From Chloroflexota bacterium (lineage in GTDB: Bacteria > Chloroflexota > UBA11872 > VXOZ01): 64,000 bases of DNA. The notes under the pieces were generated by a model. That model saw only the letters and a program-made list of their open reading frames with translations. It had not been told where the DNA came from and made no database searches. The stretch lies in contig OZ244922.1 of NCBI GenBank assembly GCA_965221905.1, forward strand, positions 1,120,001-1,184,000, given 5' to 3'. Position numbers and translations under genes: made by a program. Positions 1-8,972 of the stretch are shown here, piece after piece; within the stretch, counting starts at the first letter, position 1; the number at the start of each line of letters is the position of its first letter.

Positions 1-219
1 TTCACCGATGCCGATCTATTGGGAATGCCGCTGCGCATCACTGTCAGCCGCCGTACGCTGAAGAATGAGTCGGTGGAACTGAAACTCCGCACCGACAAAG
101 ACTTTATGCTCGTTCCGCTGGCAGAGGCGGTGGCGCATGCGCAGGCGCAGATCGGCGCGCTGCAGGCGGCAATCTACGCGCGGGTGGTAGAGGAAGAGTT
201 CGTGGTGAGCGACGGGTAG
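1..219 (+). CDS. proS: Proline--tRNA ligase, C-terminal anticodon-binding end (partial, begins before the window)
   Basis: Frame +1 reads FTDADLLGMPLRITVSRRTLKNESVELKLR, matching the F-x-DADL-x-G-x-P-x-RI motif of the ProRS anticodon domain; TAG at 217-219. Confidence 0.8.
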   Translation, partial: FTDADLLGMPLRITVSRRTLKNESVELKLRTDKDFMLVPLAEAVAHAQAQIGALQAAIYARVVEEEFVVSDG

Positions 220-276
220 TTTTCCGTTCAGCAACCGCATGGCCGCGGGCCGTACGCGGGAACGACCGACCAAAGT

Positions 277-660
277 GCCGTGTATTTCACAAAGCATTTG
301 GTGCACTGCTTCGAGTGACCACGGCAACGCAGCCCCTTCATGCCATTCGTACTGAGCTTGTCGAAGTATGAGTTGTGTATGTTTCAAAGCATTTGGTGCA
401 CAGCCTCGAGAGACCACGGCAACGCAGCCCCTTCATGCCGTTCGTACTGAGCTTGTCGAAGTATGAGCTGTGTATGTTTCAATGCATTTGGTGCACAGCC
501 TCGAGTGACCACGGCAACGCAGCCCCTTCATGCCGTTCGTACTGAGCTTGTCGAAGTATGAGCCGTGTATGTTTCAAAGCATTTGGTGCACAGCCTCGAG
601 TGACCACGGCAGCGCAGCCCCTTCATGCCGTTCGTGCTGAGCTTGTCGAAGCATGAACGG
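277..660. repeat. Tandem array of four ~95-bp units, each carrying a CCGTTCG..CTGAGCTTGTCGAAG..GAACGG-type palindromic element
   Basis: AA(A/T)GCATTTGGTGCAC recurs at 291, 386, 481 and 576 (period 95); units are near-identical with no unique spacers. Confidence 0.95.
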
Positions 661-711
661 AAAAGAGCCACCCAGCGGAATGCCCCATACTCCTAGGTGG
701 ATATTTCCGCT

Positions 712-1617
712 TCACTCAAACGACCGCGGCGAGTGCACTTCGAGCTCAATCCGCAGGTCGAGAGTCCAGCGCGCCTCCACGAGGTACGTTGCGAAGTCCT
801 TGGGCTGGAAGCCAATCGTCTCCTCCATCGCCGCTACATTTGCGGTGAAACCCTCTTTCCACAGCCAGTCGTAGTACGCCGCGTAATCGTCGCCCATGTG
901 TTCGGCAACCCACTCCGGCGGGAGCGGATAGAATTCCACGGTACGGCCAATTGCCGCGCCAATGTCTTGGGCAATCTCCTCCCACGTGCGTTCGTCGCCG
1001 GCGAGGTCAAGGGTCTTGCCTGCCCAGACATCCGGCGCGGCCAGAACTGTGGCGGCGGCGCGTCCGACGTCGTCCACGGCCACAAGTTGCGTTGCGACGT
1101 GGGGCGGCATGGGAGCATGCAGCCGACCGGCCAGCAGGTTGCCCGCCAGCGCTTCCGCGCCAAAGTTGTCCATGAAGAACACCGGACGCAGAATCGTCCA
1201 GGGAATGCCGCTTGCTTGGAGATACTGCTCGGCGCGAAACTTCTGCGCGTAGTGCGGTACGTCGGCCAGGTCATTTGCGCGCTGCACCGAGGAGTAGACG
1301 ATGTGTTGTAGGTCAGCGTTCTGCGCCGCGTCGATGCAGGTTTGAAGCTGTTGCCACTCCGCCTCCGGGCCGCCCGAATAAGGCGTGCCCATGAGAAATG
1401 CGGTGCCTACGCCTTGGAAGGCCCGCTTCATCTGCTGCGGATCGGTCATGTCGCCCACTATTACGCGCGCGCCGTCGGCAATGAGCGTTTCGGCACGGGC
1501 AAGGTCACGCGTGAGCGCCCGAACCGTTTGGCCCTCTGCCAATAGAGCGCGTGCCACGGCGCCGCCTTGCTGGCCGGTGGCTCCGGTGACGAGTGTTACT
1601 CCGATAGACACCGGCAA
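712..1617 (-). CDS. NmrA/HSCARG family NAD(P)-binding protein (atypical SDR)
   Basis: LVTGATGQQGGAV Rossmann motif, HIVYSSV, PHYAQK, WTILRPVFFMDN. Confidence 0.9.
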   Translation of the reverse strand: MPVSIGVTLVTGATGQQGGAVARALLAEGQTVRALTRDLARAETLIADGARVIVGDMTDPQQMKRAFQGVGTAFLMGTPYSGGPEAEWQQLQTCIDAAQNADLQHIVYSSVQRANDLADVPHYAQKFRAEQYLQASGIPWTILRPVFFMDNFGAEALAGNLLAGRLHAPMPPHVATQLVAVDDVGRAAATVLAAPDVWAGKTLDLAGDERTWEEIAQDIGAAIGRTVEFYPLPPEWVAEHMGDDYAAYYDWLWKEGFTANVAAMEETIGFQPKDFATYLVEARWTLDLRIELEVHSPRSFE

Positions 1618-1694
1618 TCTCTCTCCATATTTTCTGGTCCACGCTGCTGAATGGTATCACGCTCAGTGGTATAGTGAGAAAAGGAGATGATTCA

Positions 1695-2135
1695 ATGGAG
1701 AACTACAAGCAAACAAATGCGGACGACTATGCGGCTTTCAGCCGCCGCTTTGTCCGTCAGGCTCAGGAAGAATTCGATAAAGGCGACCGGCTACAGGCCT
1801 CGGAAAAAGCCTGGGGCGCAGCCGCGCATGCCGTGAAAGCAGTCGCTGCGAGCAGAGGCTGGAACCATAACTCGCATAGACTGCTCTTCGACGTTGTAAC
1901 CCAACTTTCCCGCGACACGGGAAATTCTCTATTGAGCGCCTGCTTCAGAGAGGCAAGCTCCTTGCATCAGAACTTCTATGAGAATTGGCAGCCGGACGGT
2001 TCGGTGCAGGAAGGCATAGACAAAGTGAAGCAGTTTGTCGACATGCTGGAGGAGATCCGCGTACAGCCCGTGCAGCCGTCGGTTGTGATTGACCCAAAGC
2101 AATGGGAGCGTCTTACGCGGTCGCCTGCTGACTAG
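1695..2135 (+). CDS. PaREP1-family (HEPN-like) protein
   Basis: GDRLQASEKAWGAAAHAVKA...SH..L...LHQNFYE signature; AGGAG RBS at 1682 before ATG 1695. Confidence 0.8.
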   Translation: MENYKQTNADDYAAFSRRFVRQAQEEFDKGDRLQASEKAWGAAAHAVKAVAASRGWNHNSHRLLFDVVTQLSRDTGNSLLSACFREASSLHQNFYENWQPDGSVQEGIDKVKQFVDMLEEIRVQPVQPSVVIDPKQWERLTRSPAD

Positions 2136-2157
2136 GCGTAATCATCGAGCCAGTCTT

Positions 2158-3060
2158 TCATTTCCTGCTTTTTGAGCTTGGAACGGGAATACCGGTGGTG
2201 TTTAGGCGAATACGGTAGAGGCTCGTCCTGGCCGTGACGTAGAGCGTGCGCCAGTCCTTGTCGCCCCACGCAAGATTGGCGGGCTGCTCGTCGCCAATGA
2301 TTCTTCCCAGCACGTGACCTGCCGGATTCATCACCCAAATGCCGCCCGGCCCGGTGCAGAAGACATTTCCGTTGCAGTCTACCTTCATACCGTCCGGACT
2401 GCCGTCGTCAGCGCAGTTCATATCGGTCCACAGGCGGCTTTCGGTCAGCGTGCCATCGCTATTCACCGTAAACGCGCGGATGTGCCGCCGCCGACTATCG
2501 TCAATGTAGAGTGTCTTCTCGTCGGGGGAAAAGGCGAGACCGTTCGGCCGGTCGAAGTCGGCCGTCAAGAGGTGCAGCGCGCCGTCGGTAGTAATCATGT
2601 ACACGCCGCGGAAGCCCAGGTCCGGTTCAAGACCCAGGTCTTCGACGCCGTACGGCGGGTCGGTGAAATAGAGAGTGCCGTCGGAACGAACGACCACGTC
2701 GTTTGGGCTGTTGAGGTTTTTCCCCTGGTAGCTGTCGGCGAGGGAGCTGTACGAACCGTCGGCCTCTTGGCGGCTCACGCGCCGCGTGGAGTGTTCGCAC
2801 GAAATGAGACGCCCCTCGCCATCCAGGGTCAGGCCGTTCGCATTGCCCGAAGGCGTGCGATAGGTGCTCACGGAAAAACCTTCAGGCGATTCGCGCCAGC
2901 AAACGGTGCGGCTGTTGCGTATATCGCTAAACAGCAAACTGTTGTCCCGCCAAACAGGCCCCTCGGTGAATGCAAAGCCGCCCGCCACGCGCTCCAACGC
3001 CGCGGCTTGCGGTACGAGATCGAAGAACGCCGGGTTGCGAACGTCAAATCTGGTTGCCAT
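2158..3060 (-). CDS. SMP-30/gluconolactonase/LRE family protein
   Basis: FTEGPVW, NGLTLD, LNSPND, FTDPPYG, PNGLAFSPD and PDGMKVD motifs. Confidence 0.93.
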   Translation of the reverse strand: MATRFDVRNPAFFDLVPQAAALERVAGGFAFTEGPVWRDNSLLFSDIRNSRTVCWRESPEGFSVSTYRTPSGNANGLTLDGEGRLISCEHSTRRVSRQEADGSYSSLADSYQGKNLNSPNDVVVRSDGTLYFTDPPYGVEDLGLEPDLGFRGVYMITTDGALHLLTADFDRPNGLAFSPDEKTLYIDDSRRRHIRAFTVNSDGTLTESRLWTDMNCADDGSPDGMKVDCNGNVFCTGPGGIWVMNPAGHVLGRIIGDEQPANLAWGDKDWRTLYVTARTSLYRIRLNTTGIPVPSSKSRK

Positions 3061-3119
3061 GGTTCATTTCTCCAAGCTGGCGTATGCGAGCCAAGTTCTT
3101 CACAGCAGGTTCTTTGGGG

Positions 3120-4541
3120 TTAGCGTCGTCGAAACACGTGTACGGCGCGGCCGTCTACATCCCAGGAGGCCTCCATGATCGCCTCCGCAAGTGTGGGATG
3201 GGGATGGATATTGAGGCCGACCTCCAGAGGTGTTGCTTCCAGCATTTGTGCCAATCCCATTTCGGCGACAATGTCTGTGGCGTTGGGCCCGATGACGTGT
3301 GTGCCCAGAATTTCATCGGTCTTGGCGTCGCAGACCATCTTTACAAAGCCTTCGGTTTGCCCTTTTATGAGCGCTTTACCCAGCGCGGCAAAGGGGAACC
3401 GGCCTACTTTCACTTCCCTTCCCTGCTCGACGGCCTCTTCTTCCAAGAGACCGATGCTCGCGATCTCAGGACGGCAGTACGTGGCGCGTGGCACGCGCAA
3501 GGGGTCTAACGGGTGGGGCTCCTCACCGGCGAGGTGTTCGACGGCGACGTGCCCTTCGGCCGTGGCTTTGTGGGCGAGCAAGAAGCCGCCTGCAACGTCG
3601 CCGACGGCGTAGACGTGCGGTACGTTCGTGCGGCCATAACCGTCAACCGGGATGACGCCGCGCTCTGTATTTACGCCGATCGATTCAAGACCGATATCCT
3701 CAGTATTGCCGGTGCGACCGACGGCTACCAGCAGCACGTCAGCTTCCAGGGACTCCCTCTTGCCTGAAACCTCGATGTCCACTGATACGGAATTCTTGCC
3801 GGAATTCACGCTATCCACAATTAGCTTGGCGTTGGTCTTGACGGTGATGCCGCGCCGGTTAAACGAGCGGCCAAGCTCCTTGCCAATGTCCTCATCCTCC
3901 AGAGGAACCAATGTGGGCATGACCTCTACAACGGTCACCGCCACACCGAAGTCGTGGAAGAGACTCGCCCACTCAACGCCAACGGCCCCAGCGCCGAGAA
4001 TGATGACGGATTTTGGCAGCGTCGAGAGTTCAAGCGCGTGGTCGCTGCTAATCACGGTCTTGCCGTCAAGCTCCAGTCCCGGCAGGCTGCGCGGGCGTGA
4101 GCCGGTCGCGATGATGACGTTCGCCGCCCGCAGGTCTTGGGCGCCGGCGCTGCCCTCCACGCGCACCAGTTGGGGCGACGTGAGCGTTCCGGTCCCATAG
4201 AATACGTCAACCTTGTTTCTTTGCAGCAGACCCTGTACGCCTTTATGGAGTTGGGCTACCACCTGGGATTTGCGTGCAAGCACTTTGGCATAGTCAAAAG
4301 AAACGTCGGTGGCGACGACACCGAAGGCACCGCTCTCATTACGAGCGTGGTGCAGGTGCTCCGCGGACTCCAGCAGAGCCTTGGTAGGGATGCAGCCTTT
4401 GTGGAGGCAAATCCCGCCGACTTTCTCCTTTTCAACCACCGCGACCTTGAGCCCAAGCTGCGCGCCGCGAATAGCGGCCGGGTAGCCCCCCGGCCCGCCG
4501 CCGATAATTACAACGTCATATGTATTTTCTGCCATAGCCAC
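3120..4541 (-). CDS. lpdA: Dihydrolipoyl dehydrogenase (E3)
   Basis: GGGPGGY, GGICLHKGCIPTK redox disulfide, HPHPTLAE; downstream of E1/E2 genes. Alternative start ATG 4535. Confidence 0.96.
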   Translation of the reverse strand: MAMAENTYDVVIIGGGPGGYPAAIRGAQLGLKVAVVEKEKVGGICLHKGCIPTKALLESAEHLHHARNESGAFGVVATDVSFDYAKVLARKSQVVAQLHKGVQGLLQRNKVDVFYGTGTLTSPQLVRVEGSAGAQDLRAANVIIATGSRPRSLPGLELDGKTVISSDHALELSTLPKSVIILGAGAVGVEWASLFHDFGVAVTVVEVMPTLVPLEDEDIGKELGRSFNRRGITVKTNAKLIVDSVNSGKNSVSVDIEVSGKRESLEADVLLVAVGRTGNTEDIGLESIGVNTERGVIPVDGYGRTNVPHVYAVGDVAGGFLLAHKATAEGHVAVEHLAGEEPHPLDPLRVPRATYCRPEIASIGLLEEEAVEQGREVKVGRFPFAALGKALIKGQTEGFVKMVCDAKTDEILGTHVIGPNATDIVAEMGLAQMLEATPLEVGLNIHPHPTLAEAIMEASWDVDGRAVHVFRRR

Positions 4542-4657
4542 TTTCTTTCACGTGCTTCCGCCTGCCTGCGGGCGGTGCTCGCACCTTTAGCGATCAATAG
4601 GGTGTAACGTAATGCACACTGACTCCATCTTGCCGAAAGCACGGCCTGGGATTCAAA

Positions 4658-4683
4658 TAGGGCGAACCCTCAGTTCGCCCTAC
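4658..4683. repeat. GTAG-type REP-like hairpin between pdhC and lpdA
   Basis: TAGGGCGAAC-CCTCA-GTTCGCCCTAC inverted repeat ending in CTAC. Confidence 0.65.
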
Positions 4684-4715
4684 GCATTGGCGAAGGAAGT
4701 GAAGCGGCAAGCTTC

Positions 4716-5954
4716 TTAGCCCAGTAAGTTGTACGGATTTTCCAAGAGATCCTTCAAGTCGCGCAGAAACTCAGCGGCGGGGGCACCGTAGAGGATGCGG
4801 TGATCGGCGGAGATGCTTAGGTTCATCATGTCGCGCACTACGATTTCTCCTTCGCGCACGACGGGCCGCGGCTCAATCGTGCCGACGGCAATTATGCCGG
4901 CCTGGGGCGGATTCACGATGGCATAGAAGTCGCGCACGCCAAACATGCCCAGATTCGAGACCGTAAAAGTGCCGCCCTCTAAGTCGCCGGGCCGGTTCTT
5001 GCCTTCGCGGGTGCGCTCAACCAGCACTTTCGCTTCCGCAGCCAGCCGGCGGAGAGGCTTGGTGTCGCAGTTCTTGAGCACGGGAACTAGCAAGCCATTG
5101 GGTACGGCAACGGCAATGCCAATATTCGCCTCATCATGATAGACAAAACCGCCATCTCGGTAGGAGCCGTTTGCATCCGGATGCCGCATGAGAGCGAGCG
5201 CGGTGGCTCTGATGATGATGTCGTTGAAGCTAATCCGTTCTTCCTTGCTCCAGGCGGAATTGACCTGCGCGCGCATTTCTTTGGCGGCGCCCATGTCGAT
5301 TTCCAGCGTTAGGTAGAAGTGCGGCACTGTGGTCTTGCTCTCAAGCATTCGCCGGACAATTGTGGACTGCATGCGTGAGAGCGATGCCACTTCAGAGGAA
5401 CTTGGTTCGGCGGCGGGGTCGTCAGCCACTGCGGCATTGCGTACCGCGTTCTCAACGTCTTCCTTGACAATGCGGCCGCTGGGGCCGGTGCCTTTGACCT
5501 GCAGTAGGTCGATTCCCTCTTCGGCGGCAATGCGGCGCGCGAGCGGTGACGCCTTGATGCGGCCGGATGCCTCTTTCGCGTTCGAACCGTCTGCGGGCCG
5601 CGAAGCGGGCGCAGGCTTTGTTTGGGTACTGCCGTCTGACCCGGCAACGCTTGGCTGTACAGTTTCTGTCGCCGGCGCGTTCTGTGGCGGAACGGCAATC
5701 TGCTTGCCCAACTCGCTTTCATCGCCCACCAGCGCAATAGGAGCGCCCAAGGGGGCCGCGCCGCCCTCAGCAACGAGAAGTTCGAGCAGCGTACCTTCCT
5801 CAACCGACTCGAGTTCCATCACGGCTTTATCGGTCTCGATTTCGGCCAGTAACTCGCCCTTCTTTACGCTGTCACCCACCTGCTTGTACCACTGCAGGAC
5901 TCTTCCCTCTTCCATCGTATCGCTCAGGCGGGGCATAGGGATCTCGCGTACCAT
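4716..5954 (-). CDS. pdhC: Pyruvate dehydrogenase E2, dihydrolipoamide acetyltransferase (one lipoyl domain)
   Basis: Lipoyl ETDKA, E3-binding ASPLARRIA..GTGPSGRIVKED, catalytic DHRILYG. Confidence 0.93.
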   Translation of the reverse strand: MVREIPMPRLSDTMEEGRVLQWYKQVGDSVKKGELLAEIETDKAVMELESVEEGTLLELLVAEGGAAPLGAPIALVGDESELGKQIAVPPQNAPATETVQPSVAGSDGSTQTKPAPASRPADGSNAKEASGRIKASPLARRIAAEEGIDLLQVKGTGPSGRIVKEDVENAVRNAAVADDPAAEPSSSEVASLSRMQSTIVRRMLESKTTVPHFYLTLEIDMGAAKEMRAQVNSAWSKEERISFNDIIIRATALALMRHPDANGSYRDGGFVYHDEANIGIAVAVPNGLLVPVLKNCDTKPLRRLAAEAKVLVERTREGKNRPGDLEGGTFTVSNLGMFGVRDFYAIVNPPQAGIIAVGTIEPRPVVREGEIVVRDMMNLSISADHRILYGAPAAEFLRDLKDLLENPYNLLG

Positions 5955-5981
5955 ACTTGGGTAGTTCCTCCTACTGCCGGC

Positions 5982-6959
5982 CTAGTGGTTAAGGGTTCTC
6001 TTGACGGCGTCTGCAATCTTTTCCGGACTGGGGATCACGGCTTGCTCCAATGGTTTGGAGTAAGGCATCGGCACCTCAACGCCGCCAACGCGCTCGATGG
6101 GGGCGTCCAAGTAGTCGAAGGCTTCCTCGTAGATGGTCGCGGCCACCTCGGCATTCACGCCAAAGGAGCGGTGCTCTTCTTCCGCAATGACGCACCGGTT
6201 GGTCTTTTGCACGGAGTGAACAAGGGTCTCTGCGTCCAGCGGACGTATGCTCCGCAAGTCGATGACTTCCACGCTGATATCTTCTTCGCCCAGTTGGGCC
6301 GCGGCTTGCAATGCATAGAGGACCATCCGCGAGTGCGCGATCAAGGTCACGTCAGTGCCGATACGCTTCACGTCCGCCTCGCCAAAGGGCACCGTATGCT
6401 CTCCTTCCGGCACCACGCCCTTGGTGTTGTAGAGCGCGAGATGTTCCAAGAACATTACCGGATTATCGTCTCGGATGGCAGTCTTGAGCAAACCTTTGGC
6501 GTCGGCAGGCACGGCCGGCGCCACTACCTTCAAGCCGGGTATATACGCGAACCACACGTCAAGGCTGTGCGAGTGCTGCGCCGTGAGCTGCTGACCGCCG
6601 CCACCGGGAGCGCGAATCACCATGGGGCACTTGAGTCTGCCGCCGAACATGTAGCTAATCTTGGCGGCATGGTTGGCGATCTGGTCCATCGCCACCATCC
6701 CGAAATTGATCGTCATCAATTCGACTACGGGGCGCAAACCCGTCATCGCTGCACCCGTGCCGATACCGATAAAGCCTTCCTCGGCGATCGGTGTGTCAAC
6801 GACCCGCTTTTCGCCGAAGCGGTCCAGCAGGCCCTCAGTGACTTTGTACGCGCCCTGAAAGACGCCGACCTCTTCACCCATGATGAAGACATTCGGGTCT
6901 TGGTCCATCTCTTCGATGAGGGCATCGCGGAGGGCTTCACGGTACGTCATTTCGGTCAT
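5982..6959 (-). CDS. pdhB: Pyruvate dehydrogenase E1 beta subunit
   Basis: TYREALRDAL, DTPIAEEG, AQHS, VIDLRSIRPLD. Confidence 0.94.
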   Translation of the reverse strand: MTEMTYREALRDALIEEMDQDPNVFIMGEEVGVFQGAYKVTEGLLDRFGEKRVVDTPIAEEGFIGIGTGAAMTGLRPVVELMTINFGMVAMDQIANHAAKISYMFGGRLKCPMVIRAPGGGGQQLTAQHSHSLDVWFAYIPGLKVVAPAVPADAKGLLKTAIRDDNPVMFLEHLALYNTKGVVPEGEHTVPFGEADVKRIGTDVTLIAHSRMVLYALQAAAQLGEEDISVEVIDLRSIRPLDAETLVHSVQKTNRCVIAEEEHRSFGVNAEVAATIYEEAFDYLDAPIERVGGVEVPMPYSKPLEQAVIPSPEKIADAVKRTLNH

Positions 6960-6961
6960 GC

Positions 6962-8011
6962 CTAGGAATCCTCTGCGTACACGAATTGGTGCAGGTCGGC
7001 CACGTCAGGGAAGGGACTCTCTTCGGCAAAATCCACCGCTGCTTGCACCTTGGCAAGCACTTCCTCCTCAATGGCGTCGGCGACCTTTTGGTCGAATATC
7101 TCGCCCTCGAGCAGGCGCATACGGAAGTTCTCCACCGGGTCGCGTTCGCGCCACTCCTCAACTTCCTCTTTGCTACGATAGTTCTTGCCCGCGTCGGCCA
7201 TGGAGTGGCCGCGATAGCGATAGGTGACGCACTCGACGAAGATCGGCTCGCTCGTGCGGCGCACTTCCTCTACGAGCTTCTTTGTGAGCTGATAGACAGC
7301 AAGCACGTCCATGCCGTTTACTTTATAGCCGGGAATGTCGTAGGCCACGCCTTTCTTCCACAGCTCGGTCACCGCAGAGGCGCGCGCAACGCTGGTGCCC
7401 ATGCCGTATTGGTTGTTCGTGCAGATGAAGAGGTTCGGCAGTTTCCACAGCGAGGCCATGTTGAGCGCCTCGTGAAAAGCCCCGATGTTGGTGGCGCCGT
7501 CGCCGAAGACCGACATAACGACTTCGTTGCTTTCCCGGTACTTGATCGCGAACGCGACTCCGGTGGATAGGGGTATACTGCCACCGACGATGCCGTATCC
7601 GCCCATGAAGCGGCGATCGGGATCTACCAGGTGCATCGAGCCGCCGCGGCCTCGCGCGCAACCGTCACGTTTGCCGAATAACTCAGCCATGACGGCGCCG
7701 GCGGGTACATCACGGACGATAGCAAAGCCGTGTTCGCGATAGCTGCCGAAGAAATAGTCGTCATCTCTAAGGGCCTTGAGCGTGCCGACGACGGTGGCTT
7801 CTTCGCCGATGTTGAGATGACAGTAGCCGCCGATTTTGGCACGCAGGTACATTTCGGCCACGCGCTCTTCAAAGCGCCGCACGAATAGCATGCTTGCATA
7901 GAAATCAATGAGTTGGTCGTTGTCGTAGTTTGAAAGATCGCCAGGGTCTCGTACCGGAAGCTCCGCGTCGGTAACCTGGTCTCTTGGTTCCTGGCTTTGA
8001 TCCATTCCCAT
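6962..8011 (-). CDS. pdhA: Pyruvate dehydrogenase E1 alpha subunit
   Basis: KIGGYCHLNIGEEA, GRGGSMH, TPP motif GDGATNIGAFHEALN, YRYRGHSMAD; GGAGGT RBS. Confidence 0.95.
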   Translation of the reverse strand: MGMDQSQEPRDQVTDAELPVRDPGDLSNYDNDQLIDFYASMLFVRRFEERVAEMYLRAKIGGYCHLNIGEEATVVGTLKALRDDDYFFGSYREHGFAIVRDVPAGAVMAELFGKRDGCARGRGGSMHLVDPDRRFMGGYGIVGGSIPLSTGVAFAIKYRESNEVVMSVFGDGATNIGAFHEALNMASLWKLPNLFICTNNQYGMGTSVARASAVTELWKKGVAYDIPGYKVNGMDVLAVYQLTKKLVEEVRRTSEPIFVECVTYRYRGHSMADAGKNYRSKEEVEEWRERDPVENFRMRLLEGEIFDQKVADAIEEEVLAKVQAAVDFAEESPFPDVADLHQFVYAEDS

Positions 8012-8353
8012 GTTACCTCCTTTGGCACTGCAGGCCGGAAGCCTTACTCTAACTAATCACGTAACACACAAAAGACACCGCTTGCCACGTATCCTACTAG
8101 GGACACGTCACGCTGTGCCTCAGTTTGCTACACGATGTCAGCACATCTTTGTGCACTCTAGCGAGCGTTATGCTTCTCGATAGGCGCGTTAGCAGCACCC
8201 AACCGAACCGCACATACCACCCTTGGTATGCTACGCTCTACAATTCCCATTATACCGCAGGGAGACGAACATAGCAGGACAGGGGCTCGAAAGCCACATG
8301 CTATACTGTGCAAAAGCCCCGTCACTGCGAGATTTCCCCTATAGGGTACCCAC

Positions 8354-8833
8354 ATGTTGGCTGTGGTGCAACGCGTCAGTGAAGCGCGCGTACAAGTCGG
8401 TGAGAAGTTGATCGGAAGCATCGACCGCGGCCTGGTTGCGCTCGTTGCGGTGAAGTCAGGCGATACTGACGAGGCAGCGGCCTATATTGCGGCAAAACTT
8501 GCCACGTTACGCATCTTTGGCGATGACGTCGGTGAAGACGGCGGCAAGATGAATCTCTCCGTGCAGGACGTGGGTGGCGCTGTGCTCGTGGTCTCTCAGT
8601 TCACGCTGTACGGAGAGACGCGCAAGGGGCGCCGACCCAGTTTTACCCGATCCGCCCCGCCCGCGGAGGCTGAACCTCTGATCGAACAGGTTGCCGGCAG
8701 CTTGCGCAACCAGGGAATCCCCGTCGCTTGCGGCGAGTTCGGAGCGATGATGCAGCTATCGCTTGTCAACGACGGGCCGGTAACCATCATCCTCGATTCG
8801 GACGACCGAAACACTCCCCGCAGACAGCGATAG
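8354..8833 (+). CDS. dtd: D-aminoacyl-tRNA deacylase
   Basis: AVVQRV, VSQFTL, GRRPSF, FGAMM, NDGPVT motifs. Confidence 0.96.
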   Translation: MLAVVQRVSEARVQVGEKLIGSIDRGLVALVAVKSGDTDEAAAYIAAKLATLRIFGDDVGEDGGKMNLSVQDVGGAVLVVSQFTLYGETRKGRRPSFTRSAPPAEAEPLIEQVAGSLRNQGIPVACGEFGAMMQLSLVNDGPVTIILDSDDRNTPRRQR

Positions 8834-8876
8834 CAGGTTTGCCGGAAAACTCGAGTCTCCGCGCAACGAATCACAA

Positions 8877-8925
8877 AGGGCGGGCGCATTCACCCAGGCT
8901 CTAAGCCGGTGAATGCGCCCGCCCT
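8877..8925. terminator. Hairpin between convergent dtd and rpoC (probable terminator)
   Basis: 18-bp perfect inverted repeat AGGGCGGGCGCATTCACC / GGTGAATGCGCCCGCCCT. Confidence 0.7.
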
Positions 8926-8972
8926 CTTAGCCTATTTTGGCAAACTATCTCCAGTGAGATCAGGCAGGCCGG

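Noticed and set aside
16-417. 133-aa minus-strand ORF
   Set aside because: It overlaps proS antisense and runs through the repeat array, so it is a translation of repeat DNA.
277-660. CRISPR array
   Set aside because: Whole 95-bp units repeat with no unique spacers, and there are no cas genes in the window.
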